Source: Trichosphaerium sp. ATCC 40318 (lineage: Eukaryota > Protista > Tubulinea). From it: 64,000 nucleotides of DNA. The notes under the pieces are model-generated. The model saw only the letters and a program-made list of their open reading frames with translations, was not told the DNA's origin and searched no databases. A program made the translations under genes and the position numbers. The DNA is taken from assembly GCA_038496445.1 (NCBI GenBank), contig JALMLS010000460.1, positions 1-64,000 of the forward strand, given 5' to 3'. Below, piece after piece: positions 38,237 through 50,633 of this stretch. The first letter of the stretch is position 1, and every line of letters begins with the position of its first letter.

Positions 38237-38777
38237 GGGGGGACGCTGAGAATGGAATGACCTTAGCCCCACGGGCATCTTCGGGCTTGAAACCCATCTA
38301 AAATCGCGTAAAACGCTGAAAAAATAGGATAGCGAACTGCGTAGATTGATTACTTGAGTTCAAAGCCCGAAATTTCATTTTTTTTCTCAACTTTTTGACC
38401 TTAATTACACGGATTTGAAACAACTTTTAAAGCTATTCTTCCGCTATTGCACCACTTGGAGACGCATTTTAGGTGGTGTAGAGCAAATTCGTTATTTTTT
38501 TTTGCTTTCAAATTGAGACTTCTTATTGAAAGTGTACCCATAGCATGTACTACGTGTGTAGATGCTATGGGTAACGTAGTTTTGAACAAATGTGCTTTTA
38601 AACAGAAAGATTGAAAAAATGCAGTCGTTTTTTGAAAAAAAAAAACTTTTGCAACAAAAAAACGTCACAAAAAGGCACACGCTAAAAGTTGGGTTTTTCA
38701 AAAGCCCTCATGTCAAAGATATAGGCCCGAAAATTTGAGCCGATTTGAACAATTTCTGCACATCTCAGCGTGCCCCC
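38237..38777 (-). mobile_element. Kolobok-like MITE with TTAA TSD, copy 2
   Basis: TTAA|GGGGGGACGCTGAGA ... TCTCAGCGTGCCCCC|TTAA, the reverse complement of 14601-15137. Confidence 0.88.
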
Positions 38778-38900
38778 TTAAATAAAAAAAACAGTGACTT
38801 TATTTGACAGAAGCTTTAATGTATCAGTTTGTGGTCTCAGGATAGTTGAGTCTCATCCTAGTGATCCATGTTCTCTACTCCAATCTTTTAGTTTGGATTA

Positions 38901-40540
38901 TCAAAGGATGTTGATTTTCTTTGCTTTCATGACTTTAATACGTTCAACCACATTAAATCCAAGCTCTTCTAAAACGTGCCCAACAATATCACTTACTTTT
39001 ACAGTTGCGTCATTCATCAATGATCCAAGTTCCTGTGCTCTTTCATATGCAATTCCCACCTTGACAAGTCTTTCTTTCCAATCAAGGTCTTTGTTGGGTT
39101 GTTGGTATGTTGATCTCGTTGAAGGAGGACTGAACGTTATCTAGGTAGTAATAGTTAATTGATAATTGATGTGGTGTATACCTTAGTTTCTTTGATGTAA
39201 CTATTTTTGTCTATCCATGAATTTGTAGATGCTGCAGCATCAATCACAGGTGAGAAAGAATCAATATTTTGGTAATCATTGTTGTATGGCGGATCAGACT
39301 AAATGGCCAAGTCAAATTGCTGTAGATTCTCACTAACAATACCTTGTTTTCTTGATGATTTTGCAGTAAATCGAGAGCATCTTGAATGATGTCAATATGC
39401 TCAAGATCATCTCCAAACTTGGTGTATTCACGATTGGGATCAACAAGCGCTTTTGACAAGTACTTCTCTTTTGGATCTTCTTTCACCTCTGCACGCTCTA
39501 TCTTTTTCATGTAATCACAGTCGTTCTTACCTACCGTACCTTTGTTGAGTACAGGTGCATTGGTTGTATGTGGTTTGATTTCCTTGTTGGAATTAATGTG
39601 AGCATGTTGTTGAGTTTGATCCAACTCGACACTCTCCTTGGTATTTGTATCGCCAATTAATGGTTTGTCACTGTTTACTGTACCACAGATGTATTGTTAG
39701 GATCGCCTTCGGCTTCTGTTGATGATGTACTGTCAATATCGTCATGTTCATTCTCAAATATACAAGTTAATGGTATTGTAAAGCAATGAAAAGAGTTACA
39801 TACTTCTTTGGAGTTTTTTTCATCTGTATGAAAAAAGCCTTTAAAAAAAAGACAACATAATACTTGAGTTTTTGGTATTTTGTTTGCGTATCTGCCCTTC
39901 TTCAGTTCTTTTCAGTTCAACTTGTTCAAATTTGTTGAGTATTTCTTTAGCAATGTACAAAAACGATTTTTCAATATCTATTATTTCCTTTGCTGATGTT
40001 TCAAACCACGTGAGGAATCCATGTTCTTCACAAAAGTGCTTCATTCCATGTTCTGCCCTAAAGTGCCGAAAATCATCTATCTTGTCTAGCTAACCTTGTC
40101 AGTGACTGTCTGAAGTATAGTTTATTGTACTTTTTTTAGGAGTATAAGGGTAGGAATAGGATCCTTAGTGCCAGGGAAAATGTTGTGTTTAAGAAATTTT
40201 AGCCATTGTAACCCAGCTTCAACACTTTGTTCATCTATTATATCACAAACCACCATGGCTCCTAATGCATTGTTGCATAACTTCTAATAACAATTTTACT
40301 ACTAATGACATATTTGGAGTAATGTCGTACTTTGCTGTTAGCCACAAACCGCTCTTGTCCTACAAACACAGTTTAAACAGCACACTTTTGTTTCAATACA
40401 AACCTGCAAGTTCCTACAAATTCAAGTCAAAACCCAACACGTGATTTGCTTTTTAATTACCCATAATTGTAGCTTAACTGTAGTCTTGTTATCAACATGT
40501 ACAAATTTGCAGGAAAGTCAGCACTAATCTAATAAGATAA
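38901..40540 (-). pseudogene. Rab-like/SAM-like paralog 3, 5'-truncated (P-loop exons absent)
   Basis: KLQLW|ELAG|QERF, WFETSAK, the KYLSKALVDPN motif, and a SAM-like exon ending KAKKINIL*. The upstream sequence is replaced by the transposon at 40591. Confidence 0.8.
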
Positions 40541-40590
40541 GCCACAGCGAGGACCCGACCGTAAGAGAACCAGGCGCTTTCTAGTTTAGT

Positions 40591-41718
40591 CAGTAGTAAA
40601 TTAAAAATGGGATTTTCCTTTGGAATCCTGTTAAATTCTGTGTTTTTTAAGGATTTTAACAGAATTGTGGAAAAAATCCCTAAGCAATCTGAATTTTCAA
40701 TAGGATTTTTGATGGGATTTCTGCTATATTCCATTAAAATAAGGAATTTCTTGGGATTTGTAAAAAAATCCCAAACAACAATATTGGCAAATGTTGGCAG
40801 CATATCAACGGGAATACTTGAAGGGATTTTTAATGGAATTCCGTATGGATTTTGTAGGGAATTCCTTTGGGATTTTTAATGGAATTCCATAGGGATTTTT
40901 AACAAAATTCTGTATGGATTTTGTGAGAATTCCTTTGAAAAATATTTTTGGTGAAAATTCATTATTTCGACAACTATCAAAGCCTTACCTAACCAAGTTT
41001 TTTTTTAGTAAACCACATTGTCACCCTTTTATTGGTGTAGAAAACCAATGGATACAACGAAAAGACGTTAAATCAAAAAGTAAGTGAGATAAGTATTTTG
41101 GTGATTTTCGTTAGCAGCGACATTTCTATATCGCTTACTAATCCGTTTTGAGGCTTTTAAAGCATTTCAAAGGCCTTTACACACCACTAGGACACGCATT
41201 TAGGGCATTAATCTCAAGTACGTTGTTTTTGAAGGTTATTTCCATTTAATTTATCAAAAAACTACTCTTTTCTTATTTTAGCTTCTACGAATGCGTTATT
41301 AGCAGTTTATGATTGCGATACCAGGTGTGATAAAATTCTTGGCCAAAGATTGAAAAGATTTGATGAGTTTGACCTGTACGTGATAACGTGTGGAACATTT
41401 ACATTTTGTAACTAAATTATCATTGGTAAATAAAACGAATTTTGTGCTACAAGACTTGATGTAAATATTGTAAAGTATTTCGAGGTAATTTGTTTGGAAT
41501 TTCATAAGAAATCCATTGGGAATTCCATTGTTAATCCTTATGGAATTCCATTGTTAATCCTTAAGGAATTCCGTCCGGATTCTTTAAGGAATTCCATTCG
41601 GATTCCATAGGGAATTCCGTCTGGATTCCATAGGAATAAAGGAAGAGATTTTCCGCTTATAAATCCTTAGGATTTTAAGACGGAATCCCTTAAAAACCCC
41701 GATTTAAATTTACCACTG
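40591..41718. mobile_element. Non-autonomous DNA transposon family C (TIR CAGTRGTAAATT; GGAATTCC/GGATTT subterminal repeats)
   Basis: Imperfect TIRs CAGTAGTAAATTAAAAATGGGATTTT and CAGTGGTAAATTTAAATCGGGGTTTT, motif-dense arms and a unique core. Confidence 0.85.
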
Positions 41719-42699
41719 TTGGCATCAGATGGCAAAATCAAGGCATTTGCATTTGGCAATGCCCAATAAAATAAGGCATTTTTACAAAAAGGCAATGCCT
41801 TCATCAAAAAGGCATTAATACCAGGCATTTTTGGGCATCTTTTGGCATTGCATAAAATCAGGTAATGCCTTGTATTGCATTTTTTGGCATTGCATAAAAT
41901 CAAGTAATGCCTTGTATTGCAAGTACTTTATGCCTTTATTATGCCTTATTTTTTTAAGCAATATATGCCTTGTATTTTAATTGATATATAAGGCATTGCC
42001 TATACTATATCATAGGACTGATCACATTAAGGAAGTGGTTTAAGGTAAGTAACAGTCAAACAACTTTTACACTTTTTTTTTCACATCACCTACTGACGTT
42101 TTATATAGATAGGCATCTAGCGCTCTTACTAATTCATGAAATTAGACGAAACCACTGCCAAACGAACCGCAGCACCCTATATCACCTACAATAGTAGTAG
42201 GAGTGAACTCCGCGATATTTCCAGGACCGCGGAATTCTAACACTACAAGGTAAGTTTTTTTTTTTTTTTTTCTACACCATCTCATATTTTCTTTAAGGTT
42301 TTTTCAAATGTGGACTTAGGAGTTTTGTGTATTGTATGTGTACTGTATTATAAAATAAATAGTTGTGTTATTACCTGAAAATGCCCTGGTTTATTAGGCA
42401 CTGTAGACTATGACAATGCTTTCTTTTTGCCTTCAAAATAAGGCATTGATGCATGAGTTATGCCCTAATTTGAAGGCATAATTCTTTAAAATATGCAGGC
42501 AAAACCATTGCAATCTTGTGTACCAGATGCAAGCATTTTTTATCAAATATAAGGCATTTTTGGAGCAAAAAATAAGGCATTGCCTTGTATTTGCCTTTTT
42601 GAATGAGGCAAAAACTAGGCATTTTTGTAAAAAATAAGGCATTATTTGATGAAAATGCCTAGGCATTGTCCAAAAATGCCTTGTTGAGTTTCAGCCCTG
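41719..42699. mobile_element. Family A transposon, copy 2 (left ~55 bp missing)
   Basis: Near-identical to 6538-7521, including the right TIR TGAGTTTCAGCCCTG. Confidence 0.92.
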
Positions 42700-43143
42700 A
42701 AGTAGTTCCGGTTTCTTAACGTTCCTTGCTGCCGCTGTCCAGTCGCTGGCTGTACCCACCACAAGCACTGTATTTGCCCAGGCATAAAGAACTTCTCTAA
42801 TTTTGTACACATTGTGTTGTACAGAATTGTTGCCTATTTTGATCCAATTTTTTGTTTTTTGGCGTAAGTGAGACATGCCAATACCAACCAGATCAAGGTA
42901 AAGTGTAAAGACCAACATTTTGGCTAAAAAACCACGTGATCTCTCAAGAGCCCACAAAATAGGCTCATGCTTTTCAACATATGCCTGCATTGCCCAAAAC
43001 GTTGTTCGGGAAAGTTTTTTGTGCACGTGGTCACGAGCTGAGTAGTAAGAAAGCATTTTATGATAGAGATAAGTGAACAAAAAAATGTGCGACTTATCCA
43101 CATAGAGATAGCCAGCCAAAAATTTTTGCGGGTTATCCCTCAT
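42700..43143 (-). pseudogene. Possible N-terminal (HTH) fragment of a PIF/Harbinger/ISL2EU-type transposase, truncated by the MITE
   Basis: The ORF runs directly into the family A TIR. The segment MLVFTLYLDLVGIGMSHL...IGNNSVQHNVYKIREVLYAW resembles the HTH that precedes DDE_Tnp_4 domains (by eye only). Confidence 0.4.
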
Positions 43144-43785
43144 TAGAATGTATTTAGTAATTTAACAGAGGCACGTGATACACTATGTACCATTTATGAG
43201 AAAGCCAAATTTCGTAAACAAAAAAGCAAGGAAGGCTCAAAGTATCTTGAACCAGAATTGACTTAACCTGACGCCTAAACGCCTAACTCAACACACACCA
43301 TTAAAATGGGTGCTAACAGTATCTTGAGTGTTAAATAAATATCTGTGCTTGTAAGTGCACAAGCAATCCGTTTGTAACTTTTTTTGGCTGTTGCTTGGTT
43401 TTAGCATATTTTGGATTTTAGATGTACCAACAGTACCTGCATGTGCTTTCCACGCGTAAAAATAACGCAACAAGCGTTAACTGCTCACTTGAGATTTACA
43501 ATTTTAATGTCGCATATTTAGAACTAATAATGGAACAAACCGTATCTCTACATGTGAGAAAGTATGGTGAGAGTGTTTTGGCAGTTAGAAAAAATGCCAC
43601 AGTCGACATTTCCCTTTCGTGAAAGTAGAGCAACTTGGTTAACGGTACGGGTAGACAAAGGTGATTTACTTCTTGTGCGCACTCCAAACGATTCTTCAGC
43701 GTTCAAAATGGTTGATTGGAGAAAAATTGCCGCTTGTCAAAATAAGTAAACATTTTTACAACATAAATTTTCACAAAGCACGTTT

Positions 43786-45643
43786 ATGGCTGAGCCGCAA
43801 TCAAACGAGGGTAATTTACAATATGTTAACCGGTTGGCCACTGGTTGGAATTATTCAATGGCAATCGCAGACGATGGCTTTGTTTACACGTGGGGACTAA
43901 ACAATGACCGCCAATTGGGTAACACAGCCGACAAAAAGAGTTCTATCGCAAGACCAATACAGTCACTCATAAATATTGTCTGTATTGCTGCTGGGTTCTA
44001 TCATAGCCTTGCAGTTGATTCTAGCGGTATTGTGTATGCTTGGGGCTGTAATTCAGATGGTCAAGTCGGTCTGGGTCACTTTGAGTCACCTGTTTCGTCA
44101 CCAACACGTGTTCCAAATCTCACAAATATCACTCAAGTCACTGCTTGTAATGCTAGTATGGCATTATCACAATCAGGTAATGTCTACTCATGGGGAAGCA
44201 ACTACTGCGGTGTATTGGGTCATTCGTTCCACAAGGGTGCAGTTTCATTTCCAATAGTAATTCCTCATCTTGAAGAAGTCACAACAATTGAAACTAGTGA
44301 GCGTGTAAGTGGAGCAATTACATCAAAAGGTCATGTATTTCTTTGGGGAACAAAAATTATCAAAGACATAGACAAATCATTATTCTTGAAACCAAATAGA
44401 ATTTCATGTGTTCCAAGTATTGAAAATGCCACTGATATTGCCATTGGTGAGCATCATGTGCTTGTTCTCCTCAAGTCAGGACAAGTATTTTCTTTTGGAT
44501 GTAACAAAGATGGGTGCCTTGGGTTAGGGCGGCTTGGGATCTTGGTAAAAAAAGAGTATGCTCGAGGTATAATTAAAGGACTCAACAATATCAAATCTAT
44601 CCATGCTGGTCACAATTCATCATTTGCAATTGATGATGAAGGTTGTTTGTTCGCTTGGGGTAGCGGGAAATGGATGGAGTGGTTCAAATCAAAGACACCA
44701 TTAAAATTACCTGGAAAATATCGTGAGTTTGCCCACAAACGATTTCATTCGTTGGCAATATCTCAAGGTTTTGGATTGGTCGTAGACGGTCTTAACAGTG
44801 ATGGCGAATCAGAACCACAGAACTTGATGTTCAATCACAAAAAGGTACATAATCTCACGTTTTTCAGTATGTTATACTCAATGATATTTAGATACATCAT
44901 CAAGAATTGGATAAAAAACCCATCAACAAATCATCAATCAAAGTACATCTATCTGATGATGAGATGTTCATGTCAAAAAAAGTCATTCGAGATGTACCTC
45001 AGAAGTTTGGAGAATCAAAACGAGATCTTGAGATTCTTGAAAATGCTCAAAATCTCAAACAAGAACAAGACCTCAAACAAATCATTGACAACAATGTAAG
45101 TCTTCACTATGTAACTTCCATTGATCAGTAACTCTTTTGACTTTTTAGGACGGCTCAGTTGATTCAATCAAGCATGAATCAAATCAACAACCACCTTTAA
45201 TCAATGTAAGTCTTCTTTATGTAACTTCCATTGATCATTAACTCTTCTATCTTTTAAGGATGATTCAGTTAACATCAACGAATCAAATCAACAACCACCT
45301 TTAATCAATGCTGATGAGCTTGTATCAACACAATCATGGATGGATAAGTTTGAAACGATCAACCTTGACAATGTAATAACTACAACTTTTTGGAATCCTA
45401 TTATTCACTAACTTGTTGTAGCCTTCGATTGCACTTCCATCAGAATCTGTGACAAACAAACCATCCTCTTGGATCACAGTATTAATGTCAGCTGGGTTTA
45501 CTGAATCGAGATCACAGAAGTTTGGATTATTGTTAGATCGTATGTGCGTTGACTTGAAAGATATCACAGGTGAGATTATGAAAGAGCTTGGATTCACACC
45601 TCTTGAACGTCTCCTGTTTATCAAATACCAAGACAACCACTAA
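43786..45643 (+). CDS. RCC1-repeat beta-propeller protein with C-terminal SAM-like domain, paralog A
   Basis: RCC1 blades (IAAGFYHSLAVDSSGIVYAWGCNSDGQVGLG etc.). An intron after ~44843 leads to exons FMSKKVIRDVPQKFGES, VSTQSWMDK and WITVLMSAGF...ITGEIMKELGFTPLERLLFIK. Confidence 0.88.
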
Positions 45644-45974
45644 AATGTTACAAGTTGCCGCATATCTTAATACCAACACATGTCAACATAAAATTTAATA
45701 AACAATAACGTAGTCAGATCACAAATGTGTTTCATATCACCAAGGCTCCTCCTTGTCAACACTAGCACTATGAGAACTTTTGGTAATGTTTATCAAAGTA
45801 GATAGAGCAAATCGGCTTTCCATTATACTCAAGTCATGCGGACCGCTATGAAAGGAATGAGGACTTTGGTAAGTTCATGCTGTAAGACTGTTGATAAGTG
45901 ACTCTTTAATTGAGCTATTCAAACGTACTTGCTACCAGGAACCTCTTTCCTTAGGAGCAAAACATTTCGAATGA

Positions 45975-46598
45975 CTATGTCTTTTTGTTGTACAGTCTAA
46001 TGAAATGATGTGTCCTTAGTTTCCCATTTGTTTCCCATTCTCTGTACTCTCCTTCCATCGATCCATTGGTGTAATTACAATGCATGTACATCTGTCCATT
46101 GAAGTACCATTCCTTGTATTCTCCTTCTCGATTTCCGTTTACACAATAACCATGACTGCGAACTTTACCATTTCTATGCCACTCTCTGAACTCTCCTTCC
46201 TTCAAGTCATTAACATAGTTACATCGTATCTCTAGCTCTCCAGTGTTGTACCATTTCTTGTACTCTCCTTCTCGGTTACCATCAATATATGTACTCTTCT
46301 CCTTTAACTGGCTATTGTTGTACCAACTCTTGCACTCACCATCAAGTCTTCCATGACTCCGAGTTTCCATAGCAATGACTTGATGTTTTACGAAGATTGA
46401 CGGAGATTTCTGCTCAACCGGTTTTCCATGGTTTGTGGTTGAAGAGATACGCTTGTACTTCAGCCATTTTCCATGTTTTAACATCTCACCATCAAACCTT
46501 GTTGTTGTAGCTGTTTGTTTTGATAACAATGGCCATAATACATACACTTCAACCCCCATATCAATAATATCGAGCTGTAGTTCATGCGGAAGATTCAA
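45975..46598 (-). CDS. F-box-like + MORN-variant repeat protein, paralog of 1202-1831
   Basis: LLNLPHELQLDII followed by VLWPLL (compare IVWPVL in the paralog) and five EGEY.EWY.NG repeats. The start probably lies in an upstream exon. Confidence 0.75.
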   Translation of the reverse strand: MNLPHELQLDIIDMGVEVYVLWPLLSKQTATTTRFDGEMLKHGKWLKYKRISSTTNHGKPVEQKSPSIFVKHQVIAMETRSHGRLDGECKSWYNNSQLKEKSTYIDGNREGEYKKWYNTGELEIRCNYVNDLKEGEFREWHRNGKVRSHGYCVNGNREGEYKEWYFNGQMYMHCNYTNGSMEGEYREWETNGKLRTHHFIRLYNKKT

Positions 46599-47822
46599 TA
46601 AAGTGGAAATACGCGATTGTAACGTTTTGGTCTATTTTGGCGTTCATTAGCAAATTGGCTATAACATGGGTACGCAGTATACTGTGCCTTAATAGTTGAC
46701 GCCATTCCAATGCAGTGTGTTGAGTTACACGTAGGTTTTCTATGTAAAGTCAAGTCTGGTTCAAGATTCTTAAACTTTTTAGGTGTAACAAAATATTCCT
46801 GACCCATTTTTGGGATTGAGTGTAATCAGAAATGTGCAAAAACAGTAGATTACGTAGTAAGTATACTTAGCATGTATATAAATAATTGTGACTCAGTATT
46901 GAAACAACTGTACTATCAAAAAGTCTTAACACTAAACGTGGCAAAACGGCTTTTTTAAGATGACATCAACCTTTCATAGCCAGTGATTCCCTATTTAGTC
47001 ACGGTCCTATTCTTAGGACCCACGTTTTTTCTGAATTTTTTGAAAGAAAAAATTCGAAAAAATAGAATTCGATACAAAATTTTTGATTTTTACCCGGAAA
47101 AAATAGGACGCTGACTAATTATGCACTTAAGAAGTTTTGACATTCCTAACCTATTTAAATACATTATTTACAAACATTGAAGCATATAAGAATTTATATA
47201 TACTCTGTGAAAGTTCACAGTTGTACAGAAAAGCCGACTAAAAATACAATTGGCATTTTTTCAAAATTTGAAATGCTCACTGGCTTGGATCTCTATCATG
47301 TATATTGTTATTTTGTGTTTTACTTACGGTAAAAACATTTGTTCTTGTACTCATCGAATTTTTACTATTCTACAGAGCCTCTAAGCAAAGTTATTTTGGT
47401 GGATTGTTGCTTTTTTTAACATTCGTAAATTAACCATTTCGCTCCAAAAATGTTCCCATGACCTACAATTGTACCTTTTTTATTGGCTTCAATGGTTGAT
47501 TTTAGCAATAACGTGAAAGGTGCATTTTAGATGGTTCCTAGTCACAGAATTTTGGCACCTTTGCACTTTGGATTTTTTTTTCAAACCAAAACCCGGCACC
47601 TTCCTCAAGCAAAGTTTGATATGTCACACAGTTTAGCAGTAAATATGTGAACTGCCAATCAACAATTTCAATGAAAAGTATCTTGATTGAACGCCAGAAC
47701 CTATTTCATCGCTTTTTATACACCAAACTAAGCTTTATTTGTTGCATTCAAGGTAACGCAACCTTTGTTTTAAACTTTAAGGCGTTTTGTGTCTGCTGTT
47801 TAAGGGTAGGATAATACGTCAA

Positions 47823-47896
47823 TGTCACGAGGAAGCGAGGTACGAGTTGTAGTTAAGTATGTTTATTATTGTTCTAGGTTACATGATATCGTGACA
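47823..47896 (-). mobile_element. Solo LTR (74 bp) of a related gypsy family
   Basis: TGTCACGA...TCGTGACA termini, a 5-bp TSD GTCAA (47818-47822 and 47897-47901), and a shared TACGAGTT.TAGTTAAGT core with the 83-bp LTRs. Confidence 0.85.
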
Positions 47897-48149
47897 GTCA
47901 ATAGTAATACAAGGAGTGTACCTATCTTCTGAGTGTTCTCTTTTTCTAAGGCTTTGTTTCGCATATAAATACCTATTTCTGTCTATTTAGGTACATTACG
48001 GGGTGTTGGCACGCTTTATATTTGATATTGCGATTTTTTATTACACCTAACTTTTTTTCGATTTACACTTAAGGAGTTTAAGCCTCTTACTTTTTGTTTG
48101 CGAGCATCTTGAAGACATACGTGGCTGGAATTAAATTCACCATTCGAAA

Positions 48150-50633
48150 ATGGTACGTAGATGTTTTATCATGTCATTTGTTAAATTACTAGCAAACGCT
48201 AATATTACGCATCCTACATTACTACTTACTCAGGGCACTTTAGCGTTCACGTCCGAAATCACGTGACTAAAATTTTTGCTTTTTCGAATTTCGTTGTACG
48301 TACGCTCACTAACATTGATGTTGTAGTCCGAATCAATAGAATGTAACAGATATTTTAAGGTGGTAATTGTTGGTTCGAGACCCTTTTTTAAATACTAAGG
48401 TGCTAACAATGGTGTTTCAAAACACAGGACATCCAGGCTCAGGAAAAACGTCAATTGTGAAGCGCTTTACAGATAACACTTTCTCGTCTCCTGAACCAAC
48501 TGTACGTATATTGGTTGTCTCTTTTCTAGTATTGAAACGTGTACAGAAAACTCAACTTTTTGAAAAAGGCAGAACTGTTCTTGTTGAGTCAGGTCAAGTT
48601 AACAGTCTGGTTTTCTTAATATAGTAATTTTTAACCACGTGGAAAGGTGTCATGCAAAACCGCTCTCACCAGAGTAAATACCGCTGGTAAACATGTACAA
48701 CGTACTGTTTGTTACGAGCGTGGCGTAAATGGACAAATAACGTCCCTGCACCAGAGGTTGACATAAATCTGTAACTATTCCTTACTCAACAAAAAAAACT
48801 GTCAAAAAAAGACATGTGCAATGAGACCGAGGGCGTTGTACTACAATTTTGAAAAAAAAAATGAAACGGATAAAGTCTGTTGGTGGGTTTCCTTTTTGAG
48901 AAAAAGTAAAAAAAAAAAAACTGAAGCGTTAACTTGACGTGACTTGACAATCGCTCATTTTCACAAATGATTATTCCTTTTGTATCTCAAAGTTTGTGTT
49001 GCTTATCTTATTAGTATGCAGTTGATTTTTCCTGCAAATTCATTAATGTTGATAACACTAAAGTGAAGCTACACTTGTGGGTAATTGAACATAAAAATCA
49101 CGTGTTTGTTTTTTGACTTGAATTTGTAGGAACTTCCAGGTTTGTATTGAAACAAAGGTGTGCTGTTTAAACTGTGTTTGTAGGACAAGATCGATTAGAA
49201 CCAACAAGCAGAGTACAACTTTATTCTAAGTATGCAATTATTGATATATTTTACTAGAAAAATTGCAAGAAAGCATTAGGAGCCATGGTTGTGGTAGACA
49301 TTAACACCCATGCTCTTAAAGTTGCTTTACAATGGCAGAATTTTTTTAAACACAACATCTTCTTTCCTGGCACTACGGACCCTATTCCTACCATTATTCT
49401 CCTAACCCGTGTACATCAAAAACTTGATATATTTATCAATCACATACCTTGTTTTGCGCTGACAATAAATGATACGTTTAGAGTGACTTGAAACGCTACA
49501 AGGATTTCAAAAAGAGTGATGATGAAATGGATAACTTTTGTGAAGAACATGGCTTCCTCACGTGGTTTGAAACATCAGCAAAGGACAACATTAATATTGA
49601 AGAACCGTTTACGTACATTGCTAAAGAAATACTCAAAAAATCAAAACCAGTTGAACTGAAGAGCGAAAAACGAAATAACGAAGGCAGCAAGAAGAAAAAG
49701 ATAGAACGTGCAGAGTTGAAAGAAGATCCAAAAGACAAGTACTTATCAAAAGCGCTTGTTGATCCCAATCGTGTATACACCAAGTTTGGAGATGTTCAAG
49801 ACCATCTTGATATCATTCAAGAAGCTTTTGAAGCCTTTAAAGTACAGCCAAACCAACAAGAAAATGAGGTATGTTATTAGAAAAAATATACACTACAGCT
49901 GCATCCTGACTGGCTGGTCTAGTCTGATGCTCCATACAACAATGATTACTCCAATATTGATTCTTTATCATCTATTATCAATGTTGCAGTACCTACAAAT
50001 TCATGGATAGACAAAGATACTTATGAGAGTGAAACCATGAATGTACCCAAGGTACACCTATCAAATAACTGCTAATGTTACTTAGCTACTCACATTAATT
50101 GCCAATTAAATATTAAAATTACTTTAGCCGACATTCAGTTCTCCTTCAGCGACTTCAACGCAACAGCCGCAAAATCATCAAGACAACAAGGTATATGTTA
50201 GTAAAAAATCTACAACAATCTGAGACCATCTAGTCTGATGCGCCATACAGCAATGATTGTAAGAATATTGATTCTTTCTCATCTGTGATTGGTGCTGCAG
50301 TATCTACAAATTCATGGATAGACAAAGACAGTTACATCAAAGAAACTAAGGTAGCTGTACCATATAAATTATCAATTAACTACTACTATCTAGATGACAT
50401 TCAGTCCTCCTTCGCCACCTTCAACGTACCAACAGCCCAACAAAGAACTTGATTGGAAAGAAAGACTTGTCAAGGCAGGCATCGAAAATAGAAGAGCACA
50501 GGAACTTGGATCATTGATGAACGATGTGGTAGTTAGAGTGACTGATGTTACTGGACATACTTTAGAAGAACTTGGATTCACTATCAGTGAACGTATCAAA
50601 GTCATCAAAGCAAAGAGGAACAACATTCTTTAA
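48150..50633 (+). CDS. Rab-like/SAM-like paralog 4
   Basis: ATG|intron start, GHPGSGKT, LW|ELPG|QDR, G4 TRSD, WFETSAK, the KYLSKALVDPN motif, duplicated SWIDK exons, and a SAM-like exon ending KRNNIL*. Confidence 0.8.

Noticed and set aside
44845-45099. C-terminal ~85 aa of the 437-aa RCC1 ORF as given in the ORF track
   Set aside because: This is read-through of an intron. The frame conserved in both paralogs after splicing is the FMSKKVIRDVPQKFG frame.
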